This document shows, one piece after another, positions 1-15,540 of a DNA stretch of 64,000 nucleotides. The notes under the pieces are model-generated. The model saw only the letters and a list, made by a program, of their open reading frames with translations, did not search any database and was not told the DNA's origin. Position 1 is the stretch's first letter. Each line of letters begins with the position of its first letter. This DNA is from Eledone cirrhosa. Lineage: Eukaryota. Where the stretch lies: the NCBI GenBank assembly GCA_964016885.1, contig OZ024764.1, positions 28,086,001-28,150,000 on the forward strand, in the 5' to 3' direction. The translations under genes were made by a program, and so were the position numbers.

Positions 1-55
1 ATATATATAATAGAATAAATATGGTTTTATAAATATGGTTTCCATTTATTAATAT

Positions 56-132
<77 letters not shown>

Positions 133-561
133 AATTGTATAAAAATATATATATGTGTGAATATGTATAAAAATCCCAAAGAAAAAATCCAAATTCAATA
201 AACAGACCAGGATTTTTTCATTCTGAGGATTGAAAGCAACATTTTTTGCTTTTAAGAAACCATTGGTAAATGGAATAATTGCCTTATGTTGTTTATTACA
301 TAACTATATATATATATAACAAGGGCAGTAGACCTGAGGGAACCTTGGCAGACCCCTATAATTATATTTTTCTACCCAAACTACCAAAACACACATCCAT
401 TTGTATATGTGCTACAATTTATGTACATGTTATGGTTATTACACATCAATGTTCTTTAAATCTTCGTTGATATTTGATAACAGCTAAACTACAAATAAAC
501 TGACAAAATTTCACTTCCACCCAGCTCCAATTCAGAAATGCTTCCATCACCCCTGTACACG

Positions 562-592
<31 letters not shown>

Positions 593-739
593 TTGTGTAA
601 CAGATGTATATGTGCGTGTACATACATACGTATATATATATATGCAAAATAGGGAGCGCACAGGAGAAAGATAATGGGAAAAAAATCAATAGAAAGACGA
701 ATAGTTTCATCTCCTCAGTCAACCTCTAGAAATCACTAG

Positions 740-815
<76 letters not shown>

Positions 816-911
816 TATATATATATAATATATATATATATAATATATATATAATATATAAATATATATATATATATATAAGTATACATATATGTATATA
901 TATAAGTATAC

Positions 912-3208
912 ATATCATCATCATCATTTTACGTCCGCTTTTCCCTGCTTGCAAGGGTGGGACGGGTCTTATTCAGCACAGCATCTCTACACTCGTCACG
1001 GTCCCTCGTCATCTCCACCGTGAGCTTCAATGATCTGAGGTCTGTTCTCACCACCTCCGCCCATGTTTTTCGTGGTCTACCTCTACCACGTCTTCCTTCA
1101 ACTGGCATTTCCTGGCACTTCTTCACCCATCGGTCATCCTCCATGCGCATCACATGTCCATACCACCTCAGTCTCCTCTCCCGTACACTACATTCTATCC
1201 CTCTCAGACACAGTTTCTCTCTCAACACATTTATGCTGGGTCGTTCACGCACATTTACACTGCACATCCAACGGAGCATGCTTGCCTCATTTCTCTCCAG
1301 CCGTCGCATATCTTCTGCGGTAGCTGCCCATGTCTCACTACCATGCAGCATCGCGCTCCTCACACAGGCATCATACAACCGGCCTTTCGTACGCAGGGAG
1401 AAACCCTTCTTCGTCAACAGAGGAAGCAGCTCCCTAAACTTCTTCCAATCCGTCCTTATTCTAGATACTATGGCCTCGGAACACCCTCCTCCCATGCTAA
1501 TCTGATCTCCTAGGTACCGGAAGCTATCCACCACTTCTATAGCGCCCTCTCGCATTTGAAAAATGTGTCTATCAGTGCGACTTCTACTGTCTAATTTCCC
1601 TGTACATCTACTGCATACATATTTCTCCCTACCTGTTAGTTTGCCTGCTATCCCGCTACATCTCTTGTGTACCCAGGACCTGCATTGTGTGCATTTTATA
1701 GAATTTATGCCAGTTCCTTTTCTGCATATCGAACATGGCCATTTCCCTGACGGAATCAGGGTTTTGTCCTCTTTTCTACTCATCAACACTTTTGTCTTAG
1801 CTAGATTTACTCTCAGTCCTCTTGCTTCCAACTGCTGTTTCCATAGCCGGAATTTATTCTCTAGCTCCTCTACTGATTCTGCCATAAGAGCCAGATCGTC
1901 AGCATAGAGAAGTTCCCATGGACAGCCAGTCTTAAACTCCTCTGTTATGGCTTGGAGGACTATAATGAACAAGAGCGGGCTGAGGACCGAACCCTGATGT
2001 ACTCCTACTTGTATCTGGAATTCCTCACTAAACTCCATTCCTACCCTGACTTTACTGAGAGTACCTCTGTACAAAGTTTGCACTGTCCTTACAAGCCATT
2101 CCTCAACACCCAGCTTCCTTAGGGACCACCAGATGACAGATCGGGGTACCCTATCAAAGGCCTTCTCTAGGTCAACAAAGGCTAAGTATAGTGGCTTATT
2201 TTTCTCTAAGAACCTCTCTTGTAATTGTCTCACCAAGAAGAGGACATCTGTTGTACTCTTCCCAGGCACAAAACCAAATTGCATCTCATCTAGTTTGACC
2301 CTTTCTCTAATTAGTTGTGTTAATATCCTTTCTGCCACTTTCATAACCTGATCCATCAGTTTTATGCCTCTATAATTGCTCCTCTCCAAAGCATCCCCTT
2401 TACCTTTGTAGCAATTTATGAGAATACTGCTGCACCAGTCTTTGGGTATGACACCACCATATATAGCCTGATTGATTATGCGTGCAACCAGTTTAGTGCC
2501 TACGTCCCCTGATGCCTTCAGCATCTCAGCAACTATTCCCGATGGTCCGGCCGCCTTACCATTTTTCATTTCCCTAATCGCCTCTTGGACCCTATATTCG
2601 TCAATCTCAATAGCTGGTCCCTCTGTCGGATCTACCAAGGGTAATTTCTCTCTCTCCCATTCGTTCTCCACATTCATCAGTCTCTCATAATGACATTTCC
2701 AGGCCTCCTTTTTCTGGTCATTCGTGACACTAAGTACACCGGCATCATCCCAGACACATTTATCACCAACAACATCCTGATTTGCATTGACACACTGCCT
2801 TGCAATGTGGAACACCGCACGCCTCTGATCTTCCCGTCGCAGAACATTGGCAAACCTCCTACTCTCTGCCTCCCTGCGTGCTAAGTACACCTGACGTCTA
2901 GCTTCTCTCTTAGTGGCTGTATATTCTTCCCTACTCCCCCCCTTATTCCAAGCCTTCCATGCTAGTCTTTTGTCTCTAATAGCCTTATCTACACTGCTGT
3001 TCCACCACCAGGTCACTCTCTGTCTGGTTGGAGTTCTGCTCCAGCCACAGGTTTCATCAGTAGCCTTCAGCAAGTTGTCACGTAAGAACTTCCAGTTATT
3101 ATCTATGTCATACGTCTCTAAATCGTCTTCTTTTTCGTCATATACATCTTGAAGGGCTTTCCTAAATTTGAATTTTAGTGAAAGGTCTTTTAGCTTCCAG
3201 ACCTTTCT
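912..3208 (-). mobile_element. 5'-truncated RTE-clade LINE with open RT frame (929-3073) and (TGA)n tail
   Basis: NYRGIKL, FVDLEKAFDRV, GVHQGSVLSP, YADD, RLRWYGHV, GRGRPRKTW. The endonuclease part is missing. Confidence 0.93.
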
Positions 3209-3292
3209 TTATATATATATATATAAATATATATATATAAATATATATATATAAATATATATATAAATATATATATAAATATATATATAAAT

Positions 3293-3323
<31 letters not shown>

Positions 3324-3364
3324 AATATATAAATATATATATATATAAATATATATATATAAAT

Positions 3365-3395
<31 letters not shown>

Positions 3396-3426
3396 AATAT
3401 ATATATATAAATATATATATATAAAT

Positions 3427-3457
<31 letters not shown>

Positions 3458-3498
3458 AATATATATATATATAAATATATATATATATAAATATATAT

Positions 3499-3529
<31 letters not shown>

Positions 3530-3588
3530 AATATATATATAAATATATATATAAATATATATATATATATAAATATATATATATAAAT

Positions 3589-3619
<31 letters not shown>

Positions 3620-3624
3620 AATAT

Positions 3625-4630
3625 ATATGAGAAGCTTAATTAAGAATGTAGGATTCACATGCAGCAGCTGTGCTGAAACAGCAAGCAAACAGCCACAGGA
3701 AACAAGTACCACCAATCTCTGGGAGGGCCCTGTAGAAACAGTAGACAGCTTCTGCTACCTAGGTGACCGAATTAGCAACGGAGGTGGGTGCTCAGAAAGT
3801 ACAATAACTAGGGTAAGAACGGGATGGAAGAAGTTTAGGGAACTACTACCACTGCTAGCTGCAAAAGGCTTCTCCCTCAGAATGAAAGGCAGACTGTATG
3901 ATGCGTGTATCCGAACAGCGATGTTGCATGGTAGTGAGACCTGGGCGCTGAAGGTGGAAGACTTACGTAGATTAGAGAGAAACGAAGCCTGCATGCTCCG
4001 ATGGATGTGTAACAGTAATATACGTGAACGACAAAGCATAAATGAATTGAGAGAGAGACTGAGCATAAGAGGAATCAAATGCTGCGTGCAGGAGAGGCGG
4101 TTACGCTGGTATGGACATGTGATGCGTATGAAGGATGACAGCTGCATAAAAAGGTGCAGAGCACTAGAAGTTGATGGAAACCGCGGAGTGGGGAGACCCA
4201 AGATGACTTGGGATGAGGTGATAAAAGCCGACCTTACCCAACTACACCTCTCAAAGTCAATGACACACGACCGTGACTTCTGGCGTCACGCAGTAATACA
4301 GGGTACCCGACCTCCCATGGGTACATGCTGAAGCATATAAACAATATGCCCCCCCCCCCCCACTGCAAGGTGGTCGTGGAGGTGCCACGGCAAAAAAGCA
4401 CCCAGCCCACACTGTAAAGTGGACGTGTAGGCGCCACGAAAAAGCACCCAGCACTCACTGTAAATGAGGTTGGTGTTAGGAAGGGCATCCAGCTGTAGAA
4501 ATCAAGCCAGATCAGTTCCTGTATGAGCAAGGCATGGTCAGCCGACCAGACACTGCCCACAACAGGACAACCCGTCTAACCCATGCTAGCGTGGAAGAAC
4601 GGACGTAAAACGGTGATGATGATGATGATG
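3625..4630 (+). mobile_element. 3' fragment of a second RTE subfamily followed by SINE-like 3' sequence and (TGA)n tail
   Basis: ORF 3627-4331 aligns by eye to the C-terminus of the 929-3073 protein (SFCYLGD, GWKKFRELLPLL, RLRWYGHV). Confidence 0.85.
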
Positions 4631-4642
4631 ATATATATAAAT

Positions 4643-4691
<49 letters not shown>

Positions 4692-4790
4692 ATTATATAT
4701 ATACACACACATACATATACATTTACAAAAATTATATATCTATCTTATATATGCATACACACACACACACACACACACATATACATATAA

Positions 4791-4827
<37 letters not shown>

Positions 4828-5157
4828 AGTACACAAATACTCTTATCCTGTCACCCACAAAGGGAGATACAGTCAACAGCAATTTATACCAAACACAAAG
4901 TAGAACCCAACTGATATAGGTAGTGTTTGACCATAGTTCACTTTGTGGAGAGAAGTGACCGAGGCTTTTATTTACTCAGGAATGTTCTTTTAGGCATGAA
5001 ACATGTAAAAGCAATAAATTATGAGAATAGCAGAATGGATGTTACATTTGTTTACATTTTCAAAGGAAGGCTTATAGGTAGTTATATACTCACACAGAAT
5101 TTATCTTTGCTTTCTTAATATACAATGGGCTGTGCTTAATTTATATATATATATATA

Positions 5158-5359
5158 TAACGAAGGAGGTGTGGTAAGGATCCAGATGGACCATAACGCA
5201 CCAGAGTACTCCATACGTAGGGTAGTAGAGTGGGTAATAGGACAAAGTATGACCCCGACGGCAGAGCTGAAGCCGTTTCGCCGGCTGTTTCTGGACAGAA
5301 ATAGCCGTCGAAACGGCCGGCGAAACGGCTTGAGCTCTGCCGTCGGGGTCATACTTTGT

Positions 5360-5363
<4 letters not shown>
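5158..5363. mobile_element. Fold-back element in (TA)n; second copy at 36574-36773
   Basis: Arms TAGGACAAAGTATGACCCCGACGGCAGAGCT.. and their reverse complement. Confidence 0.7.
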
Positions 5364-5412
<49 letters not shown>

Positions 5413-5415
<3 letters not shown>

Positions 5416-5758
5416 TTTTCATTCATTCATTTCATTTTACGTCTGCTTTTCCCTGCTTGCAAGGGTGGGACGGGAACTGATTCTGGCTTGATTTCTACAG
5501 CTGGATGCCCTCCCTAACACCAACCTCATTTACAGTGAGTGCTGAGTGCTTTTTTGCCGTGGCACCTACACGACCACTTTGCAGTGGAATGATAGGGACC
5601 CCAGTCCCTATCATCTCATTTCTACAGCTGAGTAAACTGGAGCAATGTGAAATAAAGTGTCTTGCTCAAGGAAACAACACATCACTCGGTCTGAGAATTG
5701 AACTCACAACCTTTCGATTGCAAGGCCAATGCTCTAACCACTAAGCCATGTGTCTCCA
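5413..5758 (-). mobile_element. tRNA-derived SINE with RTE-derived 3' tail
   Basis: A box TGGCTTAGTGG, B box GAGTTCAATTC, core CCTTGAGCAAGACACTT; its 3' end matches the RTE end CCCACCCTTGCAAGCAGGGAAAAG. Confidence 0.8.
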
Positions 5759-5770
5759 TAAAAATGATTT

Positions 5771-6061
<291 letters not shown>

Positions 6062-6242
6062 AAGCAAATTATAAATGTAAACATGTAAGTATGTTTTTGA
6101 AACGGTGCGCGAGTTTGAAAATTAGAAATTAGAAATTATAAGCTTTCACCGTATTTTAGACTAAAGAAATTTCTAGCCTGATAGTGGGGTTTATAACCCT
6201 CGGAGAAATGGAAAAAGATGAGTGTTGCCGTACATATATATA

Positions 6243-6776
6243 CGAGGGTGCTTCAAAAGGTTTGTGGAAAAAGGACAGTTGGAAAAAACTGTTTAAGTTA
6301 TGATATATATTTTACAACATATGCTCCATCTAGGTCAGTACCCTTCTGCAAGGGTTGATACCAGACTTTAAGTCCATCTGTGTAAAACCAAGGGCCATGC
6401 AAATTAAACCATGTCAAAGCAGCATTTTTTTTACATCTTCAACTGGAGATCATCTTCAACCTCATCTCTTCCACTTCTAAAACAACTTATCTATTTGTAG
6501 GGTGTTGATTTCTTTGGGGCATTGTCCCCATAAACCTGCTCCAGAGTGTCAATGATTTGACTGATCTTCCACCCTAGCTTCACCATGAATTTGAGGTTTT
6601 GATGGAGGCCGTGTTGCTCAAGTGGTTGCTGACTAATGACTGGCTGCATTTAAGGGTTCATGTTAGAACATGTTATGACATATTAGTACGAGAACGTACA
6701 GGTGCATTGAGATCAAAATCCCTGCATATGATCTTTAGCTAAGTACTTCTTCCACAAACTTTTTGAAGCCCCCTTG
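6243..6776. mobile_element. Non-autonomous mariner-like element
   Basis: ~27-bp TIRs CGAGGGTGCTTCAAAAGGTTTGTGGAA / TTCCACAAACTTTTTGAAGCCCCCTTG; TA on the left flank. Confidence 0.75.
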
Positions 6777-6796
6777 TGCACATATATATATATACA

Positions 6797-7009
6797 CAGG
6801 GTGTTTCAAAAAATTTTATAATATTTGAGATGTAAATATCCCAGAAACTACAAGGTCTTGGACAACGAGACTAAGCAGGCTCCATGTTGAGTAGCACAAG
6901 ATTTATTCCTCAAAACATGTCCACATTATAACATTAATTCACAATATATATTTCAATGTGACAACCTTGGGAACAGGCTATTGACATCAAATATTTTTTA
7001 AACACCCTG
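6797..7009. mobile_element. Tc1/mariner-like MITE
   Basis: TIRs CAGGGTGTTT-AAAAAAT / ATTTTTTAAACACCCTG followed by TA. Confidence 0.7.
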
Positions 7010-7021
7010 TATGTATGTATG

Positions 7022-8139
<1,118 letters not shown>

Positions 8140-8170
8140 CATATATATACATATATATACATATATATAC

Positions 8171-8205
<35 letters not shown>

Positions 8206-8216
8206 CATATATATAC

Positions 8217-8273
<57 letters not shown>

Positions 8274-8297
8274 CATATATATATACATATATATATA

Positions 8298-8543
8298 TGT
8301 GAGTATAGACATAGAATATTCGAAAATATTCTGTATGTTTATAATAAACATTTTGAAGACCTAATCGCTATAGAATAGAATACGTCACGTATTACAATGA
8401 AACGCGTAGATTACTTCCCTTGCTTTTATCGAGAATCTAATTGTAATACGTGACGTATTCTATTCTATAGCGATTAGGTCTTCAAAATGTTTATTATAAA
8501 CATACAGAATATTTTCGAATATTCTATGTCTATACTCACATAT
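8298..8543. repeat. ~100-bp-arm inverted repeat in (TA)n
   Basis: Near-perfect arms; the spacer holds GAAACGCGTAGATT, resembling a hammerhead 3' half. Confidence 0.8.
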
Positions 8544-8574
8544 ATATCGCTATTTCAGAGCATTTATTCCAATA

Positions 8575-8892
<318 letters not shown>

Positions 8893-8949
8893 CATATATA
8901 TATACATATATATATATATACATATATATATACATATATATATATATAC

Positions 8950-9026
<77 letters not shown>

Positions 9027-9439
9027 TTATCCTATTGTTGATGACAGTGATGATGGTAGTGTGTGTGTATGTGCATGTCTGCCTGACTATATGTCTATAT
9101 GTCTACACACGCAAAGATGGAAACCATTGCTATGATGGTGTGTGTGTGTGTGTACGAAGATGTGTGTGTGTGTGTATGTCTGAATATATGTATATCTATA
9201 TGTCTACACACACACAAAGATGGAAACCATTGCTATGATGATGATGATGTGTATGTGTATGTATGTATGTGTATGTGTGTGTGTGTGTGTGTGTATGTGT
9301 GTGTATATGTGTGTGTATGTGTGTGTGTATGTGTGTGTGTATGTGTGTGTGTATGTGTGTGTGTGTATGTGTATGTATGTATGTGTATGTGTGTGTATGT
9401 ATGTGTATGTGTGTGTGTGTATGTGTGTGTGTGTGTGTA

Positions 9440-9480
<41 letters not shown>

Positions 9481-9894
9481 ATATGTATGTGTGTGTGTAT
9501 GTATATGTATGTGTGTGTGTGTATGTGCATGTGTGTATGTGTGCATGTGTGTGTGTATGTGTATGTGTATGTGTGTGTGTGTGTGTGTGTATGTATATGT
9601 GTGTATGTGTGCATGTGTGTGTATGTGTGTGTGTGTGTGTATGTATATGTATGTGTATATGTCTCTACACAGAGAAAGATGGACAGAAAAGGTGTTGAAA
9701 TGATATGAAAGACATAAAAGTGTCCGAGCAGGTTCAGGCTGGTGGAGGGGCCACAGGGTTCCATTTCTGGACTGGACGGTACATTATGTTCTTGAACAAG
9801 ACACTTCATTTCACATGGTCTTTTATGACATGACTGCAGCCCCTATTATTTAAAACAGCTGACAAACCTCCCACAAACCTTTATTCATGAAAAA

Positions 9895-10105
9895 AAACCC
9901 TAACATATTACTGGGAGATTTATAGAGATCCCTTAAACTTCACATTTCGCCATATTAACCCCCAAAATATTACTGGGAGATCTATAAAAATCCCTTAAAC
10001 TTCACATTTCACCATATTAACCCCCAAAATATTATTGGGCGATCTATAAAAATCCCTTAAACTTCACATTTCACCATATTAACCCCTAAAATATTACTGG
10101 GAGAT
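9895..10105. repeat. 62-bp tandem repeat x~3.5
   Basis: AACCCCCAAAATATTACTGGGAGAT.. at 9957, 10019, 10081. Confidence 0.85.
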
Positions 10106-10109
10106 TACG

Positions 10110-11980
10110 GCCAGAATTCCCTCACCTCTTTCTGTTCAAACCAGCTTTAACTGGCCACTCATACTGACATTAAGACATTGTTTTCAAAATAAATAATATC
10201 AAAATCTCATAGATTTCATATTATGTGAGATAATTATATGAGATAAAGCCTTTACTGTGAAAATACAACAGTAATTGCTAAGGGGTTAAAAGGAGCAATG
10301 CTTTGGTGAAAATATTATCACTATATTGTTCCGTACAGCATCTTTCTACACAAGGCCAAAAAAAAATGTTTATAAACCATTCTTCGAAAAGTGTTTTAGG
10401 CATCCAAGGATTCTTATTTGAACACCAAACCAGAAATATTTTAATTAAGAATCAATGGATGACTAAGAGCCTCTTTCAAAGAATGGTAAAAAGATTTTTT
10501 TGTTTTACTGTAGAAAGATATTACTCCAAACAATACCATGACAATAATGATACGTATTGTCCTAAAAAAAAAAATATATAAAAATCTGGTAGATTCGATA
10601 TTATGGGAGATAAGTATGTAAGATAAAGCCTTTACTGTGAAAATACAATAGTATATATAGAGTAATGCAAATGTTATGCGAGATATTATGTGAGGTAAAG
10701 CCTTTACTGTGAAAATACAATAGTATATATAGAGTAATGCAAATGTTATGTGAGGTATTATGTGAGATAAAGCCTTTACTGTGAAGATATAATAGTAAAT
10801 ATAGAATAATGTAAATGTTATGTGAGGTAAAGCCTTTACTGTGAAAATACAATAGTATATATAGAGTAATGTAAATGTTATGTGAGATATTATGTGAGGT
10901 TAAGCCTTTACTGTGAAAATATAATAGTATATATAGAGTAATGTAGATGTTATGTGAGATATTATGTGAGGTAAAACCTTTACTGTGAAAATACAATAGT
11001 ATATATAGAGTAATGTAAATGTTATGTGAGATATTATGTGAGGTAAAGCCTTTACCGTGAAAATATAATAGTATATATAGAGTAATGTAAACGCTAAAGG
11101 GTTAAATGTGGCACTAGATTTGCAGTCAAGTCTCTTCCATTCACAGTTGAAATTTGTTTAAATGTACCTACAAATTCTATTCTGATTTGTAATAAATGAC
11201 TGATAAGTTTCAGAAGCCTGTACAATATGGTAGAAATATATAAAGGGCAAAGGGTGACAAATAAAACAAAACAAAGTATATTACAGCACTAGTACTCTCT
11301 TTTCAAATGTGAATTGAAGATGGTTCAAAACAAAACCACTTTAACCATTTAGTCTTTACATTACTCTATATTTTCAAGGTCAACACTTTATCTCTCATAA
11401 TTATCTTACATAATATTGGATCTATGAGATTTTGATGTTATTTATTTTGAGCAGCTGGTTACAACAGAAAGTGGTGAGAGAATTCTGGCTGGATATGGCC
11501 GGTTTAAATGCTAAAGGGTTGAAGGTTTACAATTTATATTAAAATCTGGTTTTATGAAATTAAGTCACCCATTTTAACCCTTAAGCATTTACATTACTCT
11601 ATATTTACTATTATATCTTCACAGTAAAGGCTTTATCTCACATAATACCTCACATAACATTTGCATTACTCTATATTTACTATTATATTTTCACAGTAAA
11701 GGCTTTATCTCACATAATACCTCACATAACATTTACATTACTCTATATTTACTATTATATCTTCACAGTAAAGGCTTTATCTCACATAATACCTCACATA
11801 ACATTTGCATTACTCTATATTTACTATTATATTTTCACAATAAAGGTTTTATCTCACATAATATCGAATCTACGAGATTTTGAGAACAATACCTTAACAT
11901 AAGTATGAACGGCCGGTTACAGCTGGTTTGAACAGAAAGAGGTGAGAATTCTGGTCAGATATGGCCAGTTTAAATGCTAA
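10110..11980. mobile_element. Cluster of four copies of the same MITE (10110-10288 and 10590-11105 minus; 11341-11522 and 11574-11980 plus)
   Basis: Shared TIR (gctaaagggttaa / ttaaccct), 60-bp units and right-arm sequence. Confidence 0.75.
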
Positions 11981-11984
11981 ATCA

Positions 11985-12300
11985 GGGGTGCGTAACATAT
12001 TCCATTGCATCCTTTTGTCATTGCCTCTGTGATGTCCAGAATTCTGATATCTGCTCTTACCACTTCCACCCATACCCAAGTCTTCCGCTACTGCAGCTCC
12101 CTTCCACTCGGAACTCCTGGCATTTCTTCACCCAACAATCATCATCCCTACACTTCACATGTCGCTACCAGCTCAGTCTCCTCACTTTCACACATCCGAT
12201 TCCTCATATGCTCAGCTTCTACATCAGCTTACCATTGTTACATACATCATTTATGTGTAATAACATTACACGTTTAAAGAATGCTTGATTCATTTCTCTC
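11985..12300 (-). mobile_element. Decayed RTE 3' fragment
   Basis: Diverged similarity to 990-1300 (cacatgtc..accagctcagtctcctc; catttctctccagcc). Confidence 0.65.
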
Positions 12301-13455
12301 CAGCCACCACACATCTCCAACCTCCACACATCTCCAGCCACCACACATCTCCAACCTCCACACATCTCCAACCTCCACACATCTCCATCCTCCACACATC
12401 TCCAGCCTCCACACATCTCCAGCCTTCACACATCTCCAGCCTCCACACATCTCCAACCTCCATACATCTCCATCCTCCACACATCTCCAGCCTCCACACA
12501 TCTCCAACCCCCACACATCTCCATCCTTCACACATCTCCAGCCTTCACACATCTCCAGCCTCCACACATCTCCAACCTCCACACATCTCCAGCCTCCACA
12601 CATCTCCAGCCTCCACACATCTCCAACCCCCACACATCTCCATCCTTCACACATCTCCAACCTCCACACATCTCCAGCCTCCACACATCTCCAGCCTCCA
12701 CACATCTCCAACCTCCATACATCTCCAGCCTTCACACATCTCCAGCCTCCACACATCTCCAGCCACCACACATCTCCAGCCTTCACACATCTCCAGCCTC
12801 CACACATCTCCAACCTCCATACATCTCCAACCTCCACACATCTCCAGCCTCCACACATCTCCAGCCTCCACACATCTCCAACCTCCACACATCTCCAGCC
12901 TTCACACATCTCCAGCCTCCACACATCTCCAACCTCCATACATCTCCAGCCTTCACACATCTCCAGCCTCCACACATCTCCAGCCTCCACACATCTCCAA
13001 CCTCCACACATCTCCAGCCTCCACACATCTCCAGCCTCCACACATCTCCAGCCTCCACACATCTCCAGCCTTCACACATCTCCAGCCTCCACACATCTCC
13101 AGCCTTCACACATCTCCAGCCTTCACACATCTCCAGCCTCCACACATCTCCAGCCTCCACACATCTCCAGCCTCCACACATCTCCAACCTCCACACATCT
13201 CCAGCCTTCACACATCTCCAGCCTCCACACATCTCCAGCCTTCACACATCTCCAGCCTCCACACATCTCCAGCCTCCACACATCTCCAGCCTCCACACAT
13301 CTCCAGCCTCCACACATCTCCAGCCTCCACACATCTCCAACCTCCATACATCTCCATCCTCCACACATCTCCAGCCTTCACACATCTCCAGCCTCCACAC
13401 ATCTCCATCCTTCACACATCTCCATCCTTCACACATCTCCATCCTTCACACATCT
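12298..13455. repeat. 17-bp minisatellite (CACACATCTCCAGCCTC)n
   Basis: About 68 units, continuous with the RTE fragment. Confidence 0.95.
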
Positions 13456-13799
13456 CTATACAAACATATATATATATTGCAAGCAGGGAAAAGCGGACGT
13501 AAAATAATGATGATGATGATGATATATATATATACATATATATAGTGGTAGAACACTGGTGGATTACATCCGTAGTAGTAGAGCACACAGTCCATGGGAT
13601 CCAATTTCTACTCACAATGTCCCCATGTTTCGAAACATCTATTACGTAATTTTAAAGCCCCCAGGCTGACTATCAGACAGAACACCCCTAGACTGAGTAT
13701 CATGAATAATCTATTGTATTCTGATCTATCGCAGTTATCTCCCCTGCATCGACATAACATGAGTTGCCTCCCCTTTGAGAATATCTTCTGTGTATGTCC

Positions 13800-14140
13800 A
13801 TTCATTCATTCATTTCATTTTACGTCCACTTTTCCCTGCTTGCAAGGGTGGGACGGGAACTGATTCTGGCTTGATTTCTACAGCTGGATGCCCTTCCTAA
13901 CACCAATCTCATTTACAGTGAGTGCTGGGTGCTTTTTTGCTGTGGCACCTCCACGACCACTTTGCAGTGGAATGATAGGGACCCCAGTCCTATCATCACA
14001 TTTCTACAGCTGAGTAAACTGGAGCAATGTGAAATAAAGTGTCTTGCTCAAGGAAACAACACATCACCCGGTCTGAGAATTGAACTGACAACCTTTCGAT
14101 TGCAAGGCCAATGCTCTAACCACTAAGCCATGTGCCTCCA
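13800..14140 (-). mobile_element. SINE, same family as 5413-5758
   Basis: Near-identical sequence. Confidence 0.8.
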
Positions 14141-14259
14141 CATATATATATATATATAGACACGCACACATATATATATAGACACATATATATATAGAGA
14201 GACACACACATATATATATATAGACACATATATATATAGAGAGAGAGAGACACACACAC

Positions 14260-14307
<48 letters not shown>

Positions 14308-14355
14308 ATATATAGACACACACATATATATAGACACACATATATATATATAGAC

Positions 14356-14443
<88 letters not shown>

Positions 14444-14497
14444 ACACATATATATATATATATAGACACACACATATATATATATATATATAGAGAG

Positions 14498-14532
<35 letters not shown>

Positions 14533-14537
14533 GACAC

Positions 14538-14568
<31 letters not shown>

Positions 14569-14599
14569 CACACACACATATATATATATAGAGAGAGAG

Positions 14600-14632
<33 letters not shown>

Positions 14633-14661
14633 GACACACACATATATATATATATAGAGAG

Positions 14662-14696
<35 letters not shown>

Positions 14697-14727
14697 GACA
14701 CACATATATATATATAGAGAGAGAGAG

Positions 14728-14758
<31 letters not shown>

Positions 14759-15117
14759 AACAAGACCGTTATTGCTGCAACCAGTCTCTATTCACCTCCG
14801 ATAACTACCCTAAATATAAAATAAAAGATAAGGATGCCATAACTCCTTGTGGAGGTGTAGAGGCAGTCATACGGAATGTCTAGGGCACTTTTAAACCTGG
14901 CGGAGCCCAACCCTCTCCAGGTCTGAACACAGCTGATTTTTTTCTATAGAGGAAGAATCTACCCCAGTACAGGACTGGTACTTATTTTATCGAGCTGGAA
15001 AGGATGAAAGGCAAAGTTGACCCCGGCGGGATTTAAACTCACTGCTTACAATGTGGTAGGATGAATACCATAAAGAATTCTATCAGACATCTTAACGACT
15101 CAGCCAATTTGCCGCGT

Positions 15118-15540
15118 ATCATCATCATTTTACGTCCGCTTTTCCCTGCAGTTTGCAAGGGTGGGACGGGTCCTATTCAGCACAGCATGCCTCCACTTGT
15201 CACGGTCCTTCGTCATCTCCTCTGTGAGTTTCAGTGATCTGAGGTCTGCTTTCACCACCTCCGCCCATGTTTTTCGTGGTCTTCCTTCTACTGGCATTTC
15301 TTGGCACTTCTTTACCCAGCGGTCATCCTCCATGTGCATCACATGTCCATACCATCTCAGTCTTCTCACCCACACACTACAACTTATCCCTCTTAAACAC
15401 AGTTTCTCTCTCACCACCTCTGCCCATGTTTTTCGTGGTCTTCCTTCTACTGGGATTTCTTGGCACTTCTTTACCCAGCGGTCATCCTCCATGTGCATCA
15501 CATGTCCATACCATCGCAGTGTTTCTCTCCTGCACACTAC
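15118..15540 (-). mobile_element. RTE 3' fragment with internal ~120-bp duplication
   Basis: RWYGHVMHMEDDRWVKKCQE...RPRKTWAEVV occurs twice; same 3' tail as the main family. Confidence 0.85.

Noticed and set aside
489-726. Possible next or terminal NF1 exon on the minus strand
   Set aside because: No similarity to the expected ELFVNCLEAMVETCLP-like segment; spans microsatellites.
912-4630. Twin-priming inversion of a single RTE
   Set aside because: The two arms are clearly diverged subfamilies that overlap in ORF coverage and have separate tails.
5238-5363. Hammerhead in this fold-back family
   Set aside because: GAAACGGC-type 3' half present, but no CTGANGA core was found on either strand.
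12274-13507. HTSP/HLQP repeat proteins
   Set aside because: 17-bp minisatellite artefact.
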